The notes below the pieces were generated by a model. The model was given only the letters and a program-made list of their open reading frames with translations, was not told the DNA's origin and did no database searches. Below are positions 37,410 to 46,467 of a stretch of DNA of 64,000 nucleotides, piece after piece. The translations under genes and the position numbers were made by a program. Location: positions 146,158 through 210,157 of IMG/VR virus record IMGVR_UViG_3300009103_000001; one strand, given 5' to 3'. Each line of letters starts with the position of its first letter. The stretch's first letter is position 1.

Positions 37410-37922
37410 ATGTCAAAAATTATAAAAAAAGGTGAATTAGATTTAGTTATTGAATCAACACTAAAAGAAGTAAAATTAAATGTAGATAGTGGCATTGAAG
37501 TTGAGTTAGACTCAAACTTAGAAGTTAATGAGGCTAAAACATATAATACTTCAAAAAATAATTCTTCTACTAAAGTAGAGGCTAAAACATATAATACTTC
37601 AAAAAATAATTCCTCAAGTAAAACCGAATCTGAAGATGTTATTGGTACTGGTGATACTGGTGATTCTGATGAAGCTGGTGCACCTGAGTCTGAAAAGGGT
37701 GAAAAAGAGTTTGATAAAGATGAAGATAAAACAAATATCTCAGAAAAAGAAAATACTTGTGATGATTGTGGTAAGTCTAATGAAGATTGTGAATGTGAAA
37801 AAGAAGATATCGTTGAGGTATCAGTAAGTGATTTGGCAGAATCAGTTGTTAAAACAACACAAAACGACATATTAAAAGAAAGTCTTGAAAACTTTAATAA
37901 ACTAATAAATTATAGAAAATAA
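37410..37922 (+). CDS. Acidic low-complexity protein, probable internal head/core protein
   Basis: Leader ending TLKE; C-terminal ILKESLENFNKLINY; internal tandem duplication. Confidence 0.7.
   Translation: MSKIIKKGELDLVIESTLKEVKLNVDSGIEVELDSNLEVNEAKTYNTSKNNSSTKVEAKTYNTSKNNSSSKTESEDVIGTGDTGDSDEAGAPESEKGEKEFDKDEDKTNISEKENTCDDCGKSNEDCECEKEDIVEVSVSDLAESVVKTTQNDILKESLENFNKLINYRK
37530..37612 (+). repeat. 35-nt exact direct repeat with 48-nt period (EAKTYNTSKNNS x2)
   Basis: GAGGCTAAAACATATAATACTTCAAAAAATAATTC at 37530-37564 and 37578-37612. Confidence 0.95.
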
Positions 37923-37929
37923 TTAAAAA

Positions 37930-38640
37930 ATGACTAAAAGATATAAAATCAGAAAAGAACAATTAGAAAGAGTAGTAGAGTCTTTCGTAATGGAGTCAGC
38001 AGCACCTGAAGCTAAAAAACATGTACAGGGATATAATGATAAAGAAGATGAGTCTTTAGGTATGAGAACTGGTAAGGAATCTACTAAAAAACAATCTGAT
38101 AAAGCTCGTAGAGATGATTCATATGGTAAATGGGGTAAAAGAGGTAAATATGGACCTGAAGCTAAAAAACATAAAATGTCAATGGGAGCTGAACAAACTG
38201 ATGATTCTGGTGAAGGTATGAAAAAACCTTCAGTTGCGAAATCTATGAAGATGAAACACGCTCCTGAAGCTAAAAAACATGTTAAAGGTGGTTCACTTTC
38301 TGAAGCTAAAAAAAAAGAAATAACTAAACTTTTAGAGAATGGTGACATTTCTGAAGCAGAATTACAAGAATTTTTCGGTATTGGTTCTAAAATGAGAAAG
38401 AATAAAATCGAAAAGGAATTAAAAACTAGAGCATTTGCTTGGACAAAAAAGGGAGCAATATCAAAACCTAGTCAACAAGACTTAGATGATATAATGAAAA
38501 AAGCTGAAGAAGATGATTATAGTGGTACTATAAGAATACAAAACGGTAAAATCGCATATCAAACACAAGATGAATTTATGGCTTCTGGTGGTAAATACCA
38601 AGGTTCTGGAAATCCACAAGGAGGTGGTTTTGCTGGTTAA
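37930..38640 (+). CDS. Lys-rich low-complexity protein, probable internal head protein
   Basis: Leader ending FVME; PEAKKH x3 plus SEAKKK. Confidence 0.7.
   Translation: MTKRYKIRKEQLERVVESFVMESAAPEAKKHVQGYNDKEDESLGMRTGKESTKKQSDKARRDDSYGKWGKRGKYGPEAKKHKMSMGAEQTDDSGEGMKKPSVAKSMKMKHAPEAKKHVKGGSLSEAKKKEITKLLENGDISEAELQEFFGIGSKMRKNKIEKELKTRAFAWTKKGAISKPSQQDLDDIMKKAEEDDYSGTIRIQNGKIAYQTQDEFMASGGKYQGSGNPQGGGFAG
38005..38280 (+). repeat. 18-nt exact repeat CCTGAAGCTAAAAAACAT x3 (PEAKKH)
   Basis: At 38005-38022, 38155-38172 and 38263-38280; partial fourth copy at about 38300. Confidence 0.95.
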
Positions 38641-38658
38641 TACTAAATAAAACTAACT

Positions 38659-38690
38659 AAAAAAGGTGTCTAATAGACACCTTTTTTTTT
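38659..38690. terminator. Bidirectional intrinsic terminator
   Basis: AAAAAAGGTGTCT-AAT-AGACACCTTTTTTTTT between convergent genes. Confidence 0.85.
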
Positions 38691-39033
38691 ATAACCTTAT
38701 TTCATATTTTTGTAAAATATGTTTATTATTTTCTTTTAAAATACCACTTGATTCGTAGAACACTATTAAAGTTTTATATGATAAAAAAGCCGTATCTCTA
38801 TTAAATTTTGTTATCTTATGCCAACTATATGTTAAAAAAGACAGTATAAGTACTGGTAAATAAAACATATAACTATATCCTAATAAAAATATAAGTATAG
38901 ATATAATAAATTGTGACATAAAATGATTAAATCTAGTATTAGATTTATCGGTTAATTTATTAACATCATCAACAGATTCTTTTATTTGTGAATCCATTAA
39001 TTTTAATATTTCAATATCATTCATTTTAACCAT
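38689..39033 (-). CDS. Small membrane protein
   Basis: Hydrophobic segment QFIISILIFLLGYSYMFYLPVLILSFLTY; host-type promoter upstream. Confidence 0.65.
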   Translation of the reverse strand: MVKMNDIEILKLMDSQIKESVDDVNKLTDKSNTRFNHFMSQFIISILIFLLGYSYMFYLPVLILSFLTYSWHKITKFNRDTAFLSYKTLIVFYESSGILKENNKHILQKYEIRL

Positions 39034-39059
39034 TTTATTATAAGTATTTTAATATATTA

Positions 39060-39091
39060 CAAATATAGTGAATATTTATATAAAAAACAAA
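39060..39091 (-). promoter_or_regulatory. Bacteroidota-type housekeeping promoter TTTG-N20-TATATTTG
   Basis: CAAATATA at 39060-39067 and CAAA at 39088-39091 on the + strand; 20-nt spacer. Confidence 0.7.
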
Positions 39092-39096
39092 TTTTA

Positions 39097-39957
39097 ATGA
39101 ATAAAATTCTAATAACAGAGTCACAATATGGTAAATTAAGGTCTTTTTTATTGGAAATGAGATTGCGGTCTTATATTTTTGATTGGGACGATAATATACT
39201 TCATATGCCAACTGAGGTATTAATAGACAAAAAAGTTGACGGTGAATGGGTACCAATGTCTATGGCAACAGGTGATTACGCTAAATTTAGAGAAGACCCA
39301 AATTATAGATTAAGAAATAATAAACCTTCCCAAGCTTTTAAATGGTTCTCAGATAATGATGCTTTTATAAAAGATGTTAAAAAGGCAATACATCATGAAA
39401 GTTTTGCACCTAGTTTTAACAAATTTAAAGAAGCTTTAATAAATTCTAATCCATTCGCAATAAATACAGCAAGAGGACATCAACCAACTACAATTAAAAA
39501 AGGTGTAAGAATTTTTATTGATATGGTTTTAACAGATAGTGAAAAAAATGAGATGGTCAATAATATTAGGAAAAATTTAAAATTAGCTGAAGGGTTAAAT
39601 GACGAACAAACCATTGATTTATATTTGGATGAACTGGGTGAGTATTATCCAGTATCTTCAGGTGAGTTTGGCAAGAGATTTGGTTTAGATGTACACGGAA
39701 GTGCAGCTAGTCCTGAACACGCTAAAAAAGTTGCTATAGAACATTTTACTAAAAAAGTATTTGATAATATGGACAAACTTATAAATAGTGGTTATAAAAA
39801 AATGTCTGTTGGATTTTCTGATGACGATTTGGGTAATGTTAGAGCTGCTGAAGAATTTATAGAAAATGAATTAAATAAAATGTACCCTGAGTTACACTTT
39901 GTTGTTTATGATACATCAGATAAGGGTATAAATAAGTTGGTCATCGAAAAAGAGTGA
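39097..39957 (+). CDS. HAD-superfamily hydrolase with N-terminal leader
   Basis: FDWDDN (motif I), NTARG (II), KK (III) and GFSDDD (IV), after MNKILITESQYGKLRSFLLE. Confidence 0.7.
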   Translation: MNKILITESQYGKLRSFLLEMRLRSYIFDWDDNILHMPTEVLIDKKVDGEWVPMSMATGDYAKFREDPNYRLRNNKPSQAFKWFSDNDAFIKDVKKAIHHESFAPSFNKFKEALINSNPFAINTARGHQPTTIKKGVRIFIDMVLTDSEKNEMVNNIRKNLKLAEGLNDEQTIDLYLDELGEYYPVSSGEFGKRFGLDVHGSAASPEHAKKVAIEHFTKKVFDNMDKLINSGYKKMSVGFSDDDLGNVRAAEEFIENELNKMYPELHFVVYDTSDKGINKLVIEKE

Positions 39958-40469
39958 AAAAATTAATCAAAAAAATATTAAAAGAAGAGTCAAAAGATTT
40001 TGATTGGACAAAGTCTGTAGACCCATTAGATGATTTTAGTGATTATTTTTATGGTACTGGTAACTACATCTTTAGAAAAAATACTCCAGGTAGATATATT
40101 AGACGTGATAGTGGTTGGTGGCGTAATTGGATTGAAGACGTTGAAATGGCACACCCAGCTATTATGGAAGATGTGGCAGACCTAGAGGATATGGTTGGGG
40201 ATTTAGTTAATCCAAGAAGAGGAAAAACTAAAGAATATAAAAAGTTAGCTGTTGATGTTTATGAGTTTTTTAAGGGGGTAAGAGTATTGGGTGGTAAGAG
40301 TATTATTGAAGACTCTGCTTCAACAATATTAGATGCTTATAATATCTTTGGTTTATATGCTGAACAAAATAATTTAACAATATTTGAGGTTATGGACATT
40401 TTTACTAGTTGGTTGGATAAAATGGATAATGAAGGTATACCATTACATGACAAGAACAAAGATGGGTAA
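39954..40469 (+). CDS. Hypothetical protein with KKILKE leader
   Basis: GTG start overlaps the previous TGA (GTGA). Confidence 0.75.
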   Translation: MKKLIKKILKEESKDFDWTKSVDPLDDFSDYFYGTGNYIFRKNTPGRYIRRDSGWWRNWIEDVEMAHPAIMEDVADLEDMVGDLVNPRRGKTKEYKKLAVDVYEFFKGVRVLGGKSIIEDSASTILDAYNIFGLYAEQNNLTIFEVMDIFTSWLDKMDNEGIPLHDKNKDG

Positions 40470-42102
40470 ATTAAGTTACATATTAGAAGAGGTTATACTA
40501 GAATCTCGTAGAAAGGATGTTATTGAAAAACATAGAAAAATTTTAGATGGAGGTTTTGGTGATACTTTTGGTGAAAATCCGACACATTTAGACGGTAAAT
40601 GGGTAGATTCTTTTGATGATGTCGTGATTTGGGTGGAAAAGGAGTTATCGCACCCAAAATACTTAGATTTTGTTTTAGGTGGGTTATGTTGTGGCGGATA
40701 TGGTGCAGAACCAGATTATATGGTTGACTTAGTTAATGACTTTCATGAATTATCAGAAAGAAATTACATAGAAAATAAGGATATATACTCCAAGGAATAT
40801 CAATCATCACCTAGTTCTAATTACACAGATTTTAATAGATTAGAAGAAGTTATAGAAAACGCCAAAATAAATTTAGAAAAAAAAGAAACAGAAAAAAGAG
40901 TTAAAAAAGATAAAGTAGTAATATATGAAGATGATAGGTGGCGTGTTATAGTACCTAAAACACATGAAGCTTCTTGTCATTATGGGGCTGGAACAAAATG
41001 GTGTACAACTAGTAAAGACGAGGTTGGTCATTTTACTAATTATACTGATATAGGTATATTATATTATATATTAGATAAAACAAAAACATCTGACGTAGAT
41101 GATGTTATGTATAAAATAGCCTTATTTTTAAGGTATCGTGTAACAAAAGAAGATTTTGGTGATGTTTATACAGCTATACCATTTAATAGGGCGGCAGAAA
41201 TGTTTGATTCACAAGATAGAGAGGTTAATTTTGAACACGTATTACCACTTTTACCAGCTGAGTTAGAAAATAGTGTAATAGCATATTATTATAAGATAAT
41301 AAAAGAAAATAATAATAGATTTGAACATAACACCAAAAAAATGTTTGTAGATAATAATTATCTAAATATTTTTATTGATAAATTTAATACAAAAACACTA
41401 AATGATGACTTTTTTAGTGGTATGGGTACTTTAGATTGGGACGTAAAAAATACTCATGGTTTAGTTTTCTTTAATTTTGGTGACGCGACATATTATTTAT
41501 ATTTTTTACCCACAACCAAAAATAGTGAAAATTCATATTTATATGATTTGTATGTTCGCAAACACGGTAGTGAGGCTAATATTCGAATTGATAAAGAATT
41601 TTTACCAGAAAGACAAATATCTAAAAAACTTAAGTTAGGACAAGATGAAAAATCTATTGTAAATGATATGATGGATTATTCTGTGTATGAGGTTTTAGCG
41701 GCAATAAAAAGACACTATTTTAATAAAAAAATTGAATCTGGTGATTCTAAAACATATATTGAAAAGGATAATACTATATATTGGAAACCTTTAAATAGTG
41801 CCTCTTCTTATAAATTTAAATATCCACCTAAAGAGGGTTCATTAACTTATGAATTTATTAAAGCAGTAAAGGAAAATCCAGGTATAACACCAAAAGAATT
41901 TTATAAAGATAAGTATGATTTTGATTATTATTCTGGGTATAATACACAGTTCTTCGGTTCAATTAAAGATTCGGGTATACTTAGAGTTGAAAAAGGACCA
42001 TATGGAATATTAAAATATTATTTAGGGCCTAATTATGAAGCATGGACAAAGGGTAATATAAAAAGATTACATGGTAGACATAAACCAATACACTTGTGGT
42101 GA
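40462..42102 (+). CDS. Protein with PcfJ-like motif (start revised to 40462)
   Basis: MGKLSYILEEVILE leader; VPKTHEASCHYGAGTKWCTT motif. The track start at 40384 overlaps the upstream gene by 86 nt. Confidence 0.65.
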   Translation: MGKLSYILEEVILESRRKDVIEKHRKILDGGFGDTFGENPTHLDGKWVDSFDDVVIWVEKELSHPKYLDFVLGGLCCGGYGAEPDYMVDLVNDFHELSERNYIENKDIYSKEYQSSPSSNYTDFNRLEEVIENAKINLEKKETEKRVKKDKVVIYEDDRWRVIVPKTHEASCHYGAGTKWCTTSKDEVGHFTNYTDIGILYYILDKTKTSDVDDVMYKIALFLRYRVTKEDFGDVYTAIPFNRAAEMFDSQDREVNFEHVLPLLPAELENSVIAYYYKIIKENNNRFEHNTKKMFVDNNYLNIFIDKFNTKTLNDDFFSGMGTLDWDVKNTHGLVFFNFGDATYYLYFLPTTKNSENSYLYDLYVRKHGSEANIRIDKEFLPERQISKKLKLGQDEKSIVNDMMDYSVYEVLAAIKRHYFNKKIESGDSKTYIEKDNTIYWKPLNSASSYKFKYPPKEGSLTYEFIKAVKENPGITPKEFYKDKYDFDYYSGYNTQFFGSIKDSGILRVEKGPYGILKYYLGPNYEAWTKGNIKRLHGRHKPIHLW

Positions 42103-42638
42103 AAAAAATAATACTTAAAATATTAAATGAAGGTGATTGGGATTGGGTTACAAATATACCACCATTTTTAGAGGTTGGTGACCCAGTTAGTAATAAAAAC
42201 CCAAAAGATAGTTGGAGGGTTATATGGAAAAATGGTTTTGGTGAGGATTATGGTACTTGGACTGATGAGTGGGCCAATATTAATAATAATGTAGAGGGTA
42301 TTGAAAGGTTAGAGTGGTTAATTAAAATTTTAAGTTTTAGTATGAAACCTGAACATAGAGGTCACATACCTATAGAAATATTATCCGAATTAGCTGCCGG
42401 TGGTGAGTCTTGGGTTTTAGGTCCATGGGACACCCAATATCGTAATGAACTAGAAGGTGAGGATAAGGAAGAAGCTATATTTTTAGCTAAAGATTGGTTA
42501 GTAGATTTATTAGAGGATTGGCATATTTTAAATCGTGACGATTATCATGCTTATTATGCAACATTGGAGGCTTGGGAGGTTAGGTATTTTGATAAATATG
42601 GTATAGAACATTTTGTTAAGGTAAATAATCTATGGTAA
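42099..42638 (+). CDS. Hypothetical protein with KILNE-GDWDW leader
   Basis: GTG at 42099 overlaps the TGA of the upstream gene; leader resembles the KKILKEESKDFDW leader at 39954. Confidence 0.7.
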   Translation: MKKIILKILNEGDWDWVTNIPPFLEVGDPVSNKNPKDSWRVIWKNGFGEDYGTWTDEWANINNNVEGIERLEWLIKILSFSMKPEHRGHIPIEILSELAAGGESWVLGPWDTQYRNELEGEDKEEAIFLAKDWLVDLLEDWHILNRDDYHAYYATLEAWEVRYFDKYGIEHFVKVNNLW

Positions 42639-42648
42639 GTCCCTTATC

Positions 42649-43338
42649 TTATTTTTTGTTAGGTTTTCCAATAACCTCATCAATAATTCCATAGTCTAAA
42701 GCCTCATTAGCACTTAACCATAAATCTCTTTGAGCGTCTTTTTCAACTCTTTTAGCGGTTTTACCACAATAACCGGCTAATAATTCAAATAATTCCTTAT
42801 TTATTTTCTCCCACTCGTCAAACCCAATTCTAGCGTCTATTATGTTTCCGCCAACACCACCACTTGATTGGTGTAACATTGTTCTTGAGTGTTTTAGTGA
42901 ACTTCTCATACCCTTTGTACCCGCTCCAAGTAATAATGAACCCATTGAAGCGGCCATACCAGTATTAATTGTCTGTATGTCCGCGTCAATATAACTCATA
43001 ACATCTATCATAGATAATCCAGCTTTAACTGAACCACCTGGTGAGTCAATATGCATTGTTATTGTTTTGTTTGGGTCTTGTTGTGATAAGAATAGTAGTT
43101 GTGCTTGTACTATAATAGCCATCCTATCGTCTACTGGTCCAGCACACCATATAATTCTGTCCATCATTAGTCTGTCAAAAACAGACATTGCGGCCACATT
43201 TAATTGACGTTCTTCTATAATTGTAGGTGTTACTGAATATTCTATGTTTGGAACCTTGGATTGTAGGTTTTGATAACTGTGTAGTGTATTTGAATTTACA
43301 TTCAAATGTTTTGTTGCGTAATTATTAAATTCTGACAT
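42649..43338 (-). CDS. clpP: ATP-dependent Clp protease proteolytic subunit
   Basis: EERQ..VFDRLMMDRII, IDSPGGSV, AASMG (Ser), MLHQ (His), GG..G handle and RDLWLSA.EALDYG.ID. Confidence 0.93.
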   Translation of the reverse strand: MSEFNNYATKHLNVNSNTLHSYQNLQSKVPNIEYSVTPTIIEERQLNVAAMSVFDRLMMDRIIWCAGPVDDRMAIIVQAQLLFLSQQDPNKTITMHIDSPGGSVKAGLSMIDVMSYIDADIQTINTGMAASMGSLLLGAGTKGMRSSLKHSRTMLHQSSGGVGGNIIDARIGFDEWEKINKELFELLAGYCGKTAKRVEKDAQRDLWLSANEALDYGIIDEVIGKPNKK

Positions 43339-43369
43339 TTTTATATTGTTATTAAATTTTTAACTACAT

Positions 43370-43401
43370 CAAAGATATTTATTATTATATAATAAGTCAA
43401 A
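43370..43401 (-). promoter_or_regulatory. Bacteroidota-type promoter TTTG-N20-TATCTTTG upstream of clpP
   Basis: CAAAGATA at 43370-43377 and CAAA at 43398-43401; 20-nt spacer. Confidence 0.7.
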
Positions 43402-43416
43402 TAAAAAAACATTATA

Positions 43417-43806
43417 ATGGCACACGAAAAAAAAGTAGAAGAAATAACATTATACGAAACTGTTGATGGAAAGGTTTTTGAATCTAAGGATTCAGCTTTA
43501 GAACATGAAAATGATATATTAGGTGATGAAGAAGAAAGAGTAACAAAACTTAATATTACAAATGCTTTAGTATCAAATTATAGAAAATATTTAGGGTATA
43601 ACGGTAGTTACGCTGTTTTTGATAAAAGTTATTTAAAACATAAAATTTATTCAATTGCCGCAACATCAAACCCATCAGAAATACTATATAGTTTATTTGT
43701 TGATACACCAGAACACACATTAAAGTTACTTTTGGATATGAAAAGTAACGACCTTAAAGGCTATGAAGCAATAAGTGACGAAGAAGTAGAAGTAGTTGAA
43801 AAATAA
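43417..43806 (+). CDS. Hypothetical protein
   Basis: N-terminal Y.T.DG..F.....A..HE motif shared with the next gene. Confidence 0.7.
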   Translation: MAHEKKVEEITLYETVDGKVFESKDSALEHENDILGDEEERVTKLNITNALVSNYRKYLGYNGSYAVFDKSYLKHKIYSIAATSNPSEILYSLFVDTPEHTLKLLLDMKSNDLKGYEAISDEEVEVVEK

Positions 43807-43829
43807 TTTATAAATAAAAAAAATATAAA

Positions 43830-44168
43830 ATGAAATCTTACGTAAGATACAAAACATCGGATGGACAATATCATGATGATGAAAAATCGGCAAACACACA
43901 TCAAAATAATTTAAATAGAAAAAATTTAAAAACATATCGTGTAGAACAATATAACGCAATGTTAGATAGATTGTCTGGGAAAAATGATATATGGAAAAAT
44001 ATTAAAAATAATAAGTACGATTCTTCTGATTCTAATGAGATTATACTTAAAATTTTTACTGAGTATAATAGAGACTTAATATTATTAGCCACTAATAACG
44101 CACATGAAGCCGGTGAATTACCAATAGAGGGCCCTGGTCTTATTGCTAGACCCAAAATAGCCGAATAA
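43830..44168 (+). CDS. Hypothetical protein, paralog of 43417-43806
   Basis: YKTSDGQYHDDEKSANTHQ aligns with YETVDGKVFESKDSALEHE. Confidence 0.7.
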   Translation: MKSYVRYKTSDGQYHDDEKSANTHQNNLNRKNLKTYRVEQYNAMLDRLSGKNDIWKNIKNNKYDSSDSNEIILKIFTEYNRDLILLATNNAHEAGELPIEGPGLIARPKIAE

Positions 44169-44170
44169 AA

Positions 44171-46411
44171 ATGGATGAAAAAAAATATAATAACGCGTTA
44201 ACATTATTAGAAGAAAAAGAACTAGAAAAATTAAAACTAGACCTTTTAGAATGCTTAAAAGATATAGAATCTTTAAATGATAAAGTTTTCTTAACTGAAA
44301 GTGAAAAAATGTTAATGGAGGTTTCATTGTGGGATAAAGCTAAATATTATCTAGGTAAGATAGGTAGGTATAAAGCTGGGGGAAAAATATTTGGTAAGAA
44401 AAAGGTAGACCAAGAAGCGGCAGAAAAAATAGAAACAATATTAAATAAAAAGGGTAACGAATTTATTAAAAATCTTCACACAACAATCCAAAAAATGAAT
44501 AAAGGTGAAGATGGTAAAGGAAAGGGTGAATTTCCAAATAATATGGACCCTGAAATATTTTTAGAAATAGTTTTAACAATCGCAGCAACATATGACTCAA
44601 TTGTTGGGGCAACTAAAAAAGATGCTGAAGATGAAGGGTTTTTACCTGTTGATATGGCGAATAAAATAATTGCCGACCTTAGAGATTATGTTAAAAAATA
44701 TTTAGATGTAGATGTACAGTGGACACGTTCAATATTTGACCATGAAGAAGAATCTGATGGTGATTTATTAAATGAAAAATGGACTGACAAGGTTTGGAAT
44801 TTTGTTACTGGTGGTGGTAAAGATGATAAACATAAAGAAGTTAGAACAAAATTACAGGGTAAGGTAGGTAAGGATTCAGAAAAATTCGATTCTGAAAGAA
44901 TGAAAACACTATACTCTAATAAACTACCTTTAATACTTAGTGCTATAGGTGGTTCTTTAGGGGCTCTAGGTTGGTTAGCTCAAACAGATTGGTTAAAAAG
45001 TTTATTGGAGTCTTGGTTAAATACCGATGGTGTTCCAGGTCAAGATGCTGTAACACAATCTTTTGATGGTGGTAATGCAGACCCTGAAGGGATGGTTCAT
45101 TGGATGAGAGAAATTGACCCTAGTAATCCAGTTGAAACCGGTTCTGATATTAGTGATTTTATTAGTAAACATGGGGCGGAAAATGTTAGTCATATGTTTG
45201 ATGGTAATGGTGCTGGTGATTCTATGGAACAAATCGGTAAATTAAAAGACTTAATCGGTGGCGATGGAGCCAATCAAAGTGTTGGTGAGTTATTTAGGGG
45301 TGATACCTATGGTGACATGAAGGGGGGTAGAAATTTATTTGGTATTAGTAAGGCAGCCTCATTTGCGTCTAAGGTTATTGTTAAACAAGCGGTTAAAGCT
45401 ACGGCTGGTTCTGTTGCTGGAACAGTTTTAGCGGGTAAATTAGCCTTTTTAGGTTCTATACTGTTACCTATAGGTATAGGTATTTTAGGGACTGGTATTT
45501 TAGTTAAAACCATGAGGGTTAAGGGTAGAAACCAATCTAGAAGTAGGACATTGGATGATTTACTGCAATCATTACAGGATATTAAACCAACAAAAGTAAA
45601 CCCACCAATAATAGAACCAGACCCACCAGGACCAGGACCAGAGCCCGATGTAGACCCAGAGTTCTTAAAGGGAAATAGGAATATGCAATTAGCCCATTTA
45701 TCAAAATTATTTTTACCAATCGGTGAAGATTTTTGGTCACGATTGGGATTAAAAGATGGAACAAAAATACCTAGTGGATTTTTAGATGCAGCGTTAGCAC
45801 AAGGAAAACCAAACCAAGAAAAATATTTAAATGCCTATTATGACCATTTGGTTAAAAACAATTCTTTCACTAAGGAGGTCAGTAAAGATGATTGGATTAT
45901 GACAACACTAAAACAATCAGATAATTTAGCTTTAATAAGGTGGATTAGAAATACTAGAAAAGGTATAGGTAGTTTCTTAAATGCTTTAAGAAAGGCTTTT
46001 GATGATTTTAGTATTGGTGATAGAGCTAAGGCTAAACCATTAAGACCTGGAAAAGAAGGTGAAGCTATGGCTTTAGCTGGTGGTCAAACAGATGAGTCAA
46101 TAAAAAAAGAAGATAATTTACTCGTAGAAGTTGGTTTGGGGAAAATCGCTGGAGCGGCTGGTTTTGATGAAAATTTATTTATGAAAAATTTACCACAGTT
46201 TATGGCTATGTTAAGTGCTATGTATTATAGTACGAAAGGAGAACCATTACCATATGATGGTGAAGCTGTAATGAAAAGGTGTGAAAAGTATGGGTGTAAA
46301 GCCGGCTCTGATAAGACATATGAAAAAACAAAATCCGATGATTACCAATTTATGGAACAATCATCTAAATTAACAGAAGAAATTAAAAGAATTAAAAATT
46401 TAATGCAATAA
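44171..46411 (+). CDS. Large protein with two hydrophobic segments, candidate internal/ejection protein
   Basis: 746 aa; several L-x-E sites; Gly-rich hydrophobic helices; C-terminal LTEEIKRIKNLM. Confidence 0.6.
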   Translation: MDEKKYNNALTLLEEKELEKLKLDLLECLKDIESLNDKVFLTESEKMLMEVSLWDKAKYYLGKIGRYKAGGKIFGKKKVDQEAAEKIETILNKKGNEFIKNLHTTIQKMNKGEDGKGKGEFPNNMDPEIFLEIVLTIAATYDSIVGATKKDAEDEGFLPVDMANKIIADLRDYVKKYLDVDVQWTRSIFDHEEESDGDLLNEKWTDKVWNFVTGGGKDDKHKEVRTKLQGKVGKDSEKFDSERMKTLYSNKLPLILSAIGGSLGALGWLAQTDWLKSLLESWLNTDGVPGQDAVTQSFDGGNADPEGMVHWMREIDPSNPVETGSDISDFISKHGAENVSHMFDGNGAGDSMEQIGKLKDLIGGDGANQSVGELFRGDTYGDMKGGRNLFGISKAASFASKVIVKQAVKATAGSVAGTVLAGKLAFLGSILLPIGIGILGTGILVKTMRVKGRNQSRSRTLDDLLQSLQDIKPTKVNPPIIEPDPPGPGPEPDVDPEFLKGNRNMQLAHLSKLFLPIGEDFWSRLGLKDGTKIPSGFLDAALAQGKPNQEKYLNAYYDHLVKNNSFTKEVSKDDWIMTTLKQSDNLALIRWIRNTRKGIGSFLNALRKAFDDFSIGDRAKAKPLRPGKEGEAMALAGGQTDESIKKEDNLLVEVGLGKIAGAAGFDENLFMKNLPQFMAMLSAMYYSTKGEPLPYDGEAVMKRCEKYGCKAGSDKTYEKTKSDDYQFMEQSSKLTEEIKRIKNLMQ

Positions 46412-46467
46412 TTTAATTATTGGCATATTTATTATAAAAGATAACAATAAACTAAAAACAATATATT

